DNA from: Candidatus Hydrogenedentota bacterium
Lineage (GTDB): Bacteria > Hydrogenedentota > Hydrogenedentia > Hydrogenedentales > SLHB01
Assembly: GCA_963674865.2 (NCBI GenBank)
Contig: CAXXYE010000004.1
Coordinates: 64,001 to 128,000 of the forward strand
Direction of reading: 5' to 3'
Length of the DNA: 64,000 nucleotides
Part shown: piece after piece, positions 28,977 through 37,468 of the stretch
How positions within the stretch are numbered: position 1 is the stretch's first letter
Layout: every line of letters begins with the position of its first letter
Notes under the pieces: generated by a model
What the model was told of the DNA's origin: nothing
Databases searched by the model: none
Seen by the model: the letters and a program-made list of their open reading frames with translations, nothing else
Program-made: the position numbers and the translations under genes

Positions 28977-29612
28977 ATGCGTATGTTTGTTGTCTTGGTT
29001 TCGTTGTCCATCGTGTTTGCCGGAGCGGCCGACGCCGACTCGCTCTTTACCTCCGGCGCCGCACAACAGGGAACGTTGATCTCGGACAAGCAGGTCAAGT
29101 TTGAGGTGGGCGACATCATCACGGTCCTTGTCCAAGAATCCATTGACGCGTCAACGGAGTCCACTACCGACACGAAGAAGGAATCGGCAATCCAGTCTGA
29201 GGCCGACGCCTCGGACAACCAATTTCTTGTGGCCGATAAGCCGAGTGGACTGAATATCATGCCTGCGGCCCGCCTGCCCAATTGGCACATAGAGATGGAA
29301 AACGAGCACAAGGGCGCAGGGGCCACCCGCCGCGCAAACAAGCTCGTTATGACAGTCGCATGCACCGTGACGAAGGTCTATCCCAATGGCAATGTTCGCA
29401 TCGAGGGAGAGAAGCTGGTGACGGTGAACCGGGAAAAGTCCAAACTCTCTCTCAGTGGCCTTGTTCGCGGGCGGGATGTGTCCCCGGCCAACACGGTTGC
29501 TTCGAGCCAAGTCGCCGACGCCACCATCGAGCTTAACGGCCAAGGTCCCCTGTGGAATAACCAGCGCCGCGGCATTCTGACTAAAGTGCTGGACTGGTTC
29601 TCTCCCTTCTAG
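28977..29612 (+). CDS. flgH: Flagellar L-ring protein
   Basis: VGDIITVLV.E, PNGN..IEG.K, G.VR..D....NTV.S..VADA, terminal PF. Confidence 0.92.
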   Translation: MRMFVVLVSLSIVFAGAADADSLFTSGAAQQGTLISDKQVKFEVGDIITVLVQESIDASTESTTDTKKESAIQSEADASDNQFLVADKPSGLNIMPAARLPNWHIEMENEHKGAGATRRANKLVMTVACTVTKVYPNGNVRIEGEKLVTVNREKSKLSLSGLVRGRDVSPANTVASSQVADATIELNGQGPLWNNQRRGILTKVLDWFSPF

Positions 29613-29623
29613 CGAGGTATGAC

Positions 29624-30736
29624 ATGCGCATCAACGGCACATTTCTTCCCCTGACATTCTGTGTGCTGACGGCGGCCGTTCTGTTCGCACCGGGCGCGTC
29701 GGCCGCCCGCCTAAAGGATCTTTGCGAGATTCAGGGGGCGCGGGGAAATGATCTGAAGGGCATTGGCATCGTTGTCGGCCTGGCGGGCACCGGTGACAAG
29801 ACGGACGCCGCCAAGCGGGCCCTCGACCGCATGCTCGACCGGCTCGACATCGAAGTGTCAGACATGAAGGAATTGAAGTCGGACAACGTTGCCATCGTCG
29901 TCACTACGGCCGTTCTGCCACCCTTCGCGAAGGAGGGCACCCGGTTTGACGTGCTCGTCAACTCCATCTACGACTGTGAAAGCCTGGAAGGCGGTACGCT
30001 CCTCGAGACCTATCTCAGGAGCGTCGGCGCAGACAGCCCCGTATACGCCGTGGCGCAAGGCCCCCTTTCCGTTGGCGGATTCAACGCCGGTGCGGGCGGG
30101 ACGGGGGTGCGCAAAAATCACGTCACCGCCGGACGCATTCCCATGGGGGCCCATGTCGAGCGCGAGGTACCGGCCACCATTACCGACGGCGAGCGGCTGA
30201 CCCTTCTTCTCAAGCGTCCTGATTTCACCACGGCGGACAACCTTCAGCAAGCCATCAACTCCGTCATCGGAGTCGACTGCGCCACGGCTTTCGGCGCGGG
30301 CGCCGTCAATGTGATTATCCCCCCGGAGGCGCGGGCCGAACTGGTTTCCTTTGTGGCGCGCCTTGAGGAGATCAACGTCGAAACCGATGCGCCCGCCCGG
30401 ATCGCCATTAATGAGCGCACCGGCACCATCGTCGTTGGAGGGCAGGTGATGATACGGCCGTGTCAGGTGGCCCATGGGAACCTGACTATTCGTGTTGCCG
30501 AGACGCCAATGGTATCTCAGCCGGGCCCCTTTAGTATTGGCGAGACGGTCAAGGCGCCGCTAACTGATGTGCTGCCCGAGGAAGAAGATGCCTATTTGAT
30601 GCCGGTAGAGGGGACTTCCGCCAGCGATGTTGCGGCCGCCCTAAACAAGCTTAAGGTCACGCCGCGGGACATGATCTCCATCTTTCAAGCCTTGCGCGAA
30701 GCAGGCGCCTTGGAAGCCGATCTGGAAGTGATGTAA
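29624..30736 (+). CDS. flgI: Flagellar P-ring protein
   Basis: RLKD....G.R.N.L.G.G.VVGL.GTGD, INERTGTIV, GALEA. Confidence 0.95.
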   Translation: MRINGTFLPLTFCVLTAAVLFAPGASAARLKDLCEIQGARGNDLKGIGIVVGLAGTGDKTDAAKRALDRMLDRLDIEVSDMKELKSDNVAIVVTTAVLPPFAKEGTRFDVLVNSIYDCESLEGGTLLETYLRSVGADSPVYAVAQGPLSVGGFNAGAGGTGVRKNHVTAGRIPMGAHVEREVPATITDGERLTLLLKRPDFTTADNLQQAINSVIGVDCATAFGAGAVNVIIPPEARAELVSFVARLEEINVETDAPARIAINERTGTIVVGGQVMIRPCQVAHGNLTIRVAETPMVSQPGPFSIGETVKAPLTDVLPEEEDAYLMPVEGTSASDVAAALNKLKVTPRDMISIFQALREAGALEADLEVM

Positions 30737-31065
30737 TGCTCTACATTAATCCCCTCGCCACTCCATTGGCCCTGCGAGGCGCCGGAGATAGCAGCAGTCC
30801 GGCACGAGAGAAACTGGCTTTGCAGGAGTTGGAACACTTCTTCGCGCTGCAAATTGTGCGCGAAATGCGCAAGAGCGTGCCGCGGGATGCCCTCTTGGAT
30901 GGCGGGCAGGCCCAGAGCTTGTTCGAAGACATGCTGGACGACGCCATCAGTGCCGAATGGGCAAAGAGCGGCCAGCTCGGCGTGGCTGCACAGGTGGAAG
31001 CCCAACTGAGAGCCGCCGAGGCGCAGCAGGGCGTGGCGAACGCCGAAGTCATGAATGGCGCGTGA
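30736..31065 (+). CDS. flgJ: FlgJ-like rod-binding protein (no muramidase domain)
   Basis: E..F.......MRKSVP, F.DMLD, LG.A; follows flgI. Confidence 0.8.
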   Translation: MLYINPLATPLALRGAGDSSSPAREKLALQELEHFFALQIVREMRKSVPRDALLDGGQAQSLFEDMLDDAISAEWAKSGQLGVAAQVEAQLRAAEAQQGVANAEVMNGA

Positions 31066-31106
31066 GATAGGCCCAGGCCGCAGTCCGGTGCAACGGGCGA
31101 TAAGAC

Positions 31107-31134
31107 TCAAGCCGGACGCCGGTATTGCCGACAA
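31107..31134 (+). promoter_or_regulatory. Sigma28 (FliA)-type promoter upstream of flgN-flgL
   Basis: TCAAG-N15-GCCGACAA resembles TAAA-N15-GCCGATAA. Confidence 0.6.
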
Positions 31135-31156
31135 ATAACACCGAAGAGAGAAGAGC

Positions 31157-31666
31157 ATGATCGAGAAACGTCTGGAAGAACTGTGTAGCCTGTTTGACAC
31201 CGAGCTTGAGCGGCAACATGACGTTCTCGCCTTGTGCCGCTCGCAAGGTGAGGCTGCAAGGACGCATGACGTGGAATGCCTCAACGCAAAGACGATGGCC
31301 CTCGAGATCCTCTTTCGCGATTCCCTTGAGGCGGAGCCTGAGCGGCATAGGCTACTGCACGAAGTTGTGGCCTATTATGACCTTCCCCGCGAAAAGCAGA
31401 CGCTTACCGATCTGATCGCGGTGGCGCCCGAACCATGGCGCAGGCGCTTGGGCGAGTTCCAGAGCGGCCTTCGGAGTACGCTCGACGAGATCCGGCGTGC
31501 TGTCCGGGGCAATGCCGGAATCATGCGGCGCTCTCTCAGGAGAATCAACCTGTTTCTTCGACTCCTCGGAGGTCCTGACGAAGGGCGCGCGAACGATTAC
31601 GACGCGCGTGGTAGCGAACCGGCCCCGAGTTCTCTGCGTCCCGTGGTGATCGACCAGAGAGGATAG
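31157..31666 (+). CDS. flgN: Flagellar export chaperone FlgN
   Basis: Helical protein of FlgN size with C-terminal Y...G and ID..G; synteny. Confidence 0.75.
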   Translation: MIEKRLEELCSLFDTELERQHDVLALCRSQGEAARTHDVECLNAKTMALEILFRDSLEAEPERHRLLHEVVAYYDLPREKQTLTDLIAVAPEPWRRRLGEFQSGLRSTLDEIRRAVRGNAGIMRRSLRRINLFLRLLGGPDEGRANDYDARGSEPAPSSLRPVVIDQRG

Positions 31667-31675
31667 CCAACAGCA

Positions 31676-32587
31676 ATGACTGTATTGCGTGTTACGCCAC
31701 AGATTATCGCCCAGAGTACGCTCCAGAATCTCAACGGCCAGATCAAGAAGATACTGGAACTCCAAGAGCAGCTCGCTACGGGCCTCAAGGTTAATTCGCC
31801 ATCCGATGACGCGACTGCTACGGGGCAAGCCATCAGTGCGCGGACCGCTATTGCCAAGCAGGAGCAGTACCTCGCCAACATGTCGGCTGTGGGCCCGCAG
31901 CTTTCCGAAAGCGAATCGGTGCTCGACACGGTGATCGATGTCATGCAGCGGGCGTACGAACTGACGACGGAAGGCGCTAACGGCACGTTCAGCCAGACGC
32001 AGTTGGACGAGATCGCCACCGAGATCAACCAGCTTCTCGAAACGGTTGTTTCGGAGGGCAACCATATCACCGATAACCGCTATATCTTCGCCGGCACGCG
32101 GACGCTCCAGGCTCCCTTCGAGGCCACTCGCGACGCCGATGGCAATATCACGGCTGTTGCTTACGTCGGCAATGATGAGAGCATCGAGGTGGCTATCGGT
32201 GATAACGTTAGCCTTGTCGTCAACGAGACAGGCTACGACGCTTTCCAGTCCACCCAGGATATCTTCCAACTTCTCATCGACATTCGCGACGATTTGAGCA
32301 CTGGCGATCAAGGCTCCCTGAGTGAGGTCAGGCTCGCCGAGATCGATACTGCCATCGACCAGTTGCTGATGTCTCTCACCCGCGTAGGTTCCATCGAAGC
32401 ACGCATCGAAAGCACCACGGCGTCCGCAGAGGATTCCATCATCCGACTCAAGGAGGTGCTTTCCGACGCCATCGATGCCGACTACGCCGAGACCGTTGTC
32501 AATCTGAACGTCCAGAGCAATGCCTACCAGGCTGCTCTCGACGCGGCCAGCCGCGTCATCCAGCCCAGTCTCCTCGACTACACCTGA
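31676..32587 (+). CDS. flgL: Flagellar hook-associated protein 3
   Basis: RVT, TG..VN.PSDD, RYIFAG....PF, DADYAE, YQAAL......SLLDY. Confidence 0.92.
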   Translation: MTVLRVTPQIIAQSTLQNLNGQIKKILELQEQLATGLKVNSPSDDATATGQAISARTAIAKQEQYLANMSAVGPQLSESESVLDTVIDVMQRAYELTTEGANGTFSQTQLDEIATEINQLLETVVSEGNHITDNRYIFAGTRTLQAPFEATRDADGNITAVAYVGNDESIEVAIGDNVSLVVNETGYDAFQSTQDIFQLLIDIRDDLSTGDQGSLSEVRLAEIDTAIDQLLMSLTRVGSIEARIESTTASAEDSIIRLKEVLSDAIDADYAETVVNLNVQSNAYQAALDAASRVIQPSLLDYT

Positions 32588-32772
32588 TAGGCCGTTCCCG
32601 GCGCGGGCGGGCCACGGCGGCGTCTGAGAGTTCGATTGCGTGCCGTCCTCCCCGAGTAAATGTTATACTCCCTCTGCCGGGGCATTAAGCATGTGGATGT
32701 GGCTGCGTGCGTCAGGCCGGCTCGGCCACAAGGCCGTGCGCAGCGGCATCTAGACGGAAAGGAAGGTCGGGC

Positions 32773-33288
32773 GTGAGAAAGTGGCTCACTATCGCGGCAA
32801 TAGGTCTTGTCCTGAATGCGTGTGCTCGGACGCCGGGCGAGGTGGCCGACAAAGTGCTCGTTGATTTCGGCATTCGCGCCAAGCCCGAGGGCTACAAGAG
32901 CGAGTCCGACTCGGTATTCGATCAACTCCCGAAAGTCGGTGCCGTGGAGCTGAAACGGCTCAACCAGGAGGGCCGCAAAGGGGAGGTCAAGTTCCAGGAT
33001 GAGGGCGGCCTGTCGGGCAAGTTCTACAAGGAAGTCAGAGTCTACGAGAATTTCTATCCTTTAGAGGCTCGCCCTGCGTCCAGGCAGGACTCCGAAGAGG
33101 CCGCGTACATCGGCTATATCGAGTATGCCTATCGCGTCCACCAGAGCGCCCGCAAGAATTCCCGGGCGGAGGCCTCGGTTGCTGCCGCCGATATTCCCAC
33201 GACGGAATATGGCCGGGAGACTTACCGGTACAAGTTCAGGCGCGGCGGGATCTGGAATGGTGAAGAGGGCCAGAAGGCGCGTAAGTAG
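32773..33288 (+). CDS. Hypothetical lipoprotein
   Basis: GTG start with signal peptide and lipobox LNAC. Confidence 0.65.
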   Translation: MRKWLTIAAIGLVLNACARTPGEVADKVLVDFGIRAKPEGYKSESDSVFDQLPKVGAVELKRLNQEGRKGEVKFQDEGGLSGKFYKEVRVYENFYPLEARPASRQDSEEAAYIGYIEYAYRVHQSARKNSRAEASVAAADIPTTEYGRETYRYKFRRGGIWNGEEGQKARK

Positions 33289-33296
33289 GCCTTCGC

Positions 33297-35294
33297 ATGT
33301 TTTGGATTGCCGCTGTTATGGCCCTTTCGCAGGCTGCGAATAATCCCGGCGCCCTCTGCCGAATCCGGGTGGATGCCTCGCAGAGGGAGGCCCGCCCCAT
33401 TCCGCGCCGTTTCTTCGGCCAGTTCGCGGAGCACCTCGGCACAAACATCTACAATGGCCAGTGGGCTCAAGTCCTCCGTAATCCCGGTTTCGAGGGATAC
33501 GAGTATTTCGAGGACGAAGTCGAGAAGGCCCAGCGCTGGTACGACTTGCCCGGCATCGCCGACGGGCGCGAGCAAGGCCTGGCTTGTTACTGGCTTCCCG
33601 AGGGAACCGCGACGTACGCCTTGGACGGCGACGCCTTCAACTCGAAATACTGCCAGCGCATTGCCGCCGAGACTTCCGGTGGGATCCGCACGCCGCTCAT
33701 GCTTCCGCTGCACAGGGAGCGCCGGTATGTCTTTGGCGTATACGCCCGCGCGGCTCGCGCCCTCGACTGCGATGTATCCCTCCGTGTTGCGTCGAGTGGC
33801 GGAGAGGTAGCGTCAGCACGCCTCCGCGTGCCCGGCCCCTCCTGGACAGAGTGTTCGGCCGAACTCCACGTGGCGGACGGGCCGCAAGCCGGTGAGCTAT
33901 GCTATCTTGCCGTCACCTTCCAAGGCCCCGGGACGCTCTGGTTGGATCAGGCGGCTTTGCTTCCGGCCGACGCCAAGGACGGCCTGGACCCCGATGTGGT
34001 TCGGCTCACCAAGGCGGCCGGAACGACGCTGCTGCGGTTCCCCGGCGGCAATTTCGCCTCCGGCTATCACTGGCGCGATGGCATCGGGCCGCGCGACAAG
34101 CGCGTCTCGATGCTGAATCCGGCGTGGGGCGGCATCGAAACCAACCAATTCGGCACGCACGAATGGATGGCCTTCTGCGAAGCCGTCGGGGCGGAGCCCT
34201 TCATCTGCGTCAACTGCGGGAATGGCACGCCCGAGGAGGCCGCCGACTGGATTCGCTACTGCAATGAGCCGCCTGACGGCGAACTCGGCCGCCTGCGCGC
34301 CGAAAACGGCCATCCTGAACCGTACGGCGTGCGGTTCTGGGAGGTCGGCAATGAGTTGTGGGGCGATTGGCAGGTGGGACATTGCACTCCGGAGGAATAT
34401 GCCGGGCGTTACGATGCCTTCGCCCAGGCCATGCTCGCCGCCGATCCGTCCATTCAACTCATCGCTAACGGCGGCGACGGCGACTGGAATCCCCGCCTCC
34501 TCGGTGCCGTGACGCAGCCCGTCCGGAGTCTCTCGATCCACCGCCTCATAGGCTGGGATGTGCCCGCCGATGCGGATCCGCAAGATGTCTTTCTTGCCCT
34601 CGCCGGCTACGGCACGCTGTTTGACGAGCAACTGGCCTCAATGCAGCAGCTCATGCGTGATCACGGCATCGCCGAGCCGAAACTCGCCCTCACCGAACTG
34701 ATGAGCACGGCCCACGTCGGGCCCGATCGGAGTTGGTATAACTTCCTCGAGGTGCCGTATTTCGCCGGGATGATGAACGCCTGCATCCGGCATCGCGACG
34801 CGGTTGAACTCATCACCCGCACCGCCGTCGTCAACCACGGCGGGGGCCTCGCCAAAGTGCGCGAAGTCACGTTCCCCGAGCCCGTCCATTTCCTGAGCCG
34901 CATCTACGGGAGCATGAGCGGCCGCTGGCCTGTCGCTTGCAGCGTTACCTGCCCCCAATACGATGTCGATGTCAAAGGACTGCCCGCGCTTAGTTCTATG
35001 CCTGCCCTTGAGTGCATGGCGCTTCTGAACGACGACGGCGACGAACTCACCCTCATCGTCACGAACCGCGATCCGCGCAACGCCTATGCCGCAGCCATCG
35101 ACCTGAGCGGATTCACTCCCACGAAGGGGGCCAAGGTTCGGACGCTGGCCGCGCCGCCCACGGCCATCAACACCTGGGACAATCCCGATCAAGTCGCGCT
35201 CGCGGAAGGCACGGCGGACGCCGCACCCACCTTCGACCACACCTTCCCACCCGGGGCGTTCACGGAGATCGTCCTGGCCAGAAAGCCTTCTTAA
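33297..35294 (+). CDS. GH51 alpha-L-arabinofuranosidase-like hydrolase
   Basis: GQFAEHLG, LRFPGGNF, YHWRDGIGP, FGTHE, WEVGNE. Confidence 0.9.
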   Translation: MFWIAAVMALSQAANNPGALCRIRVDASQREARPIPRRFFGQFAEHLGTNIYNGQWAQVLRNPGFEGYEYFEDEVEKAQRWYDLPGIADGREQGLACYWLPEGTATYALDGDAFNSKYCQRIAAETSGGIRTPLMLPLHRERRYVFGVYARAARALDCDVSLRVASSGGEVASARLRVPGPSWTECSAELHVADGPQAGELCYLAVTFQGPGTLWLDQAALLPADAKDGLDPDVVRLTKAAGTTLLRFPGGNFASGYHWRDGIGPRDKRVSMLNPAWGGIETNQFGTHEWMAFCEAVGAEPFICVNCGNGTPEEAADWIRYCNEPPDGELGRLRAENGHPEPYGVRFWEVGNELWGDWQVGHCTPEEYAGRYDAFAQAMLAADPSIQLIANGGDGDWNPRLLGAVTQPVRSLSIHRLIGWDVPADADPQDVFLALAGYGTLFDEQLASMQQLMRDHGIAEPKLALTELMSTAHVGPDRSWYNFLEVPYFAGMMNACIRHRDAVELITRTAVVNHGGGLAKVREVTFPEPVHFLSRIYGSMSGRWPVACSVTCPQYDVDVKGLPALSSMPALECMALLNDDGDELTLIVTNRDPRNAYAAAIDLSGFTPTKGAKVRTLAAPPTAINTWDNPDQVALAEGTADAAPTFDHTFPPGAFTEIVLARKPS

Positions 35295-35389
35295 GGCCGC
35301 TGAAGGCTCCCGGCCTCTCGCCAACGCGCTCCTTTACATTGTCTGGCCTTCGTTATATTCTTATGAATAATACGGGGGAGCTCATACAC

Positions 35390-37315
35390 ATGTCTGAAAC
35401 GACACAGACAGGACGCGAGCCGCAGGTATTCCGCGTCGCCCTGCTCCCTCGGCTGCTCTTCGCGGCCGTTTACGGCGCGCTCTTCATGATCGTGGTAGGC
35501 TGCGTCAGTATCGCACATATGGGGAGTGTTCTTGATATTTACACCTTCGAACTCTTTGCCGATCTTGTCATCGGCTCTGTGGTTGCCTTCATTCTCGCGG
35601 CTGCAGCCGGGCATATCATGGATTCCTTCCGGACAATCCGCATCACTTCGGATGGTATTGAGCGCTGCAATGCTTGGCGCAGGTTGTGTTCTTGTGGCTG
35701 GGAGCAGGTTCAGGATGCTCGTATTCTCCATCGAGGCGGACTAAACTTCCTTAGACTGGCTTCAGGGAAGGGAACACCGACTCTCAGGCTGCCGCTGTTT
35801 GTGAAGCGCCCGCGCGAATTCCATGACGCGCTGATGGCGCTGGCGCCAGAGAACAGCCCTGTGCGAGCGCTCCTTCGAGAGCGGCCATCTCCGGGATTCC
35901 TTGCACGGATTTCCAAAGCGTGTTTCATTATCGCGTCGCTTGCGGTGTTCCTTGCCTTGACGGTTCTCCTCTCTGCGAACTGGATCGCGAGTTACCGACT
36001 CAAAGCGGAGTTGGCCAGGCTGAAAGCCGGCGGCGCGGTGCTAACCGCCTCGGATATTCCCCTCGTCTGGCAAAGAAGGGCCCCGACCTTCGATCCGCCA
36101 ACGCCACCTGACGGCTCCTATGAGAACAGCGCCGCGCATTTCCTCATCACCAAGCTTGCAGGAACAGACGGCCCTTGGCCTTTCCCCGACGCCTGGGATC
36201 TACCGAAACATGTGCCGTGGAAAGGGGCGGAGTGGACTCAGTTGCTGGCCTCTTGTTCCCCGGAAGAGGATGCGAAGATCAGGGACTTGGCGGCGGAGTA
36301 CGCCGACAAGACAAGCACACTTATCGAGGTAAGCCAGCTCCCTCCTTCCAGTATGGCGGACGTCGTGACGGCCTGGGCCGTTTATGGCAGGCCCCTTACC
36401 GTGCCGCCGTTTCCGAATCTGTTCACGCTGCGTAGCGCGCTCAACCTGATACTCCTAAGGGCATTCCTTGCCTATAAGGACGGCCAGCCTGAGGAGGCCG
36501 TCAAGATCTGCCGTTGCGCTCTGGCCTTTGCAAACCATGTTCAGGACCTTCCCTCGGTGGCCGTGGCATGTAGAGGGATCTCGCTTGCAGAAATGGCCTT
36601 GAGGCCTATCGCCTTCCTGAATATGCATGCTGATCTTTCGGGGGAAACGCTCAGGCCGCTGCTCAAGGAGTTGGTCATCTCAGAGCGCAGGGACGCATTT
36701 GCCCACAGTATGGAATATCAAAGGTACGTTATCGCCGACTACTTCAGACGTCCATGTTGGCCTGAGTATATACGTATGTGTATCTACGAGCCTTTCAGCC
36801 GGACCTTGTTCAACGATTTGTACTGGAGTCGGCCCTTTAGTTTCTGGCGCTGCTCGGACGAATTGGCGGTACTGCACGCGTGGAATGGCATTGTCGAATT
36901 GGCGGATCTTCCGTTTTATCAGGCCCGGGAGCGCCTCCAGGTAGTTTCCGAGGCTGACGCTTATCTGAGGTTGCACCCGCTAAGATATCCCGCCTCAGTT
37001 ATGATCATCGACGGAGTTGCATTTGCAAAGACTCAGGCTGTACACGAGGCAACAATGCGGTTGGCCCGCGTCACACTTACCTTGAGACAATACGAACTAT
37101 GCCATCGAGAATGCCCGGATGCGCTTGACGAACTAGTCCCGGAGTATATGGACTCCGTACCTCTCGACCCGTTTTCAGGGGAGCCGTTGCTCTACCGCCC
37201 GCAAGAGGACGGCTTCCTGTTGTACAGTATCGGCAGGAATCTAAAAGATGACGGCGGCAGGCCCGACGAATTCGACGGCGACTGGATCTGGCCCATGAAA
37301 CACCGGCCCCGGTAG
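35390..37315 (+). CDS. Hypothetical membrane protein with C-terminal pseudopilin/GspG-like motif
   Basis: N-terminal TMs; C-term P..LDELVPEY....P.DPFSGEPL.Y....LYSIG.N..DDGG. Confidence 0.6.
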   Translation: MSETTQTGREPQVFRVALLPRLLFAAVYGALFMIVVGCVSIAHMGSVLDIYTFELFADLVIGSVVAFILAAAAGHIMDSFRTIRITSDGIERCNAWRRLCSCGWEQVQDARILHRGGLNFLRLASGKGTPTLRLPLFVKRPREFHDALMALAPENSPVRALLRERPSPGFLARISKACFIIASLAVFLALTVLLSANWIASYRLKAELARLKAGGAVLTASDIPLVWQRRAPTFDPPTPPDGSYENSAAHFLITKLAGTDGPWPFPDAWDLPKHVPWKGAEWTQLLASCSPEEDAKIRDLAAEYADKTSTLIEVSQLPPSSMADVVTAWAVYGRPLTVPPFPNLFTLRSALNLILLRAFLAYKDGQPEEAVKICRCALAFANHVQDLPSVAVACRGISLAEMALRPIAFLNMHADLSGETLRPLLKELVISERRDAFAHSMEYQRYVIADYFRRPCWPEYIRMCIYEPFSRTLFNDLYWSRPFSFWRCSDELAVLHAWNGIVELADLPFYQARERLQVVSEADAYLRLHPLRYPASVMIIDGVAFAKTQAVHEATMRLARVTLTLRQYELCHRECPDALDELVPEYMDSVPLDPFSGEPLLYRPQEDGFLLYSIGRNLKDDGGRPDEFDGDWIWPMKHRPR

Positions 37316-37468
37316 TCCTTTTCACATAGACGCTACCTTCCGTTCTCCGAACAGTGAGGTATCGTCCCATATTCTCCCGTACGGTTCCGGCCTTTTGACG
37401 GCCTGCGCACCATCAGGTATCCTCACTCCTCTTGTTGCCTCCTCTGGGATTCCGAACGAGGGATTGTC

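Noticed and set aside
30736..31065. Truncated flgJ pseudogene
   Set aside because: Single-domain FlgJ without muramidase is common outside beta/gamma-proteobacteria
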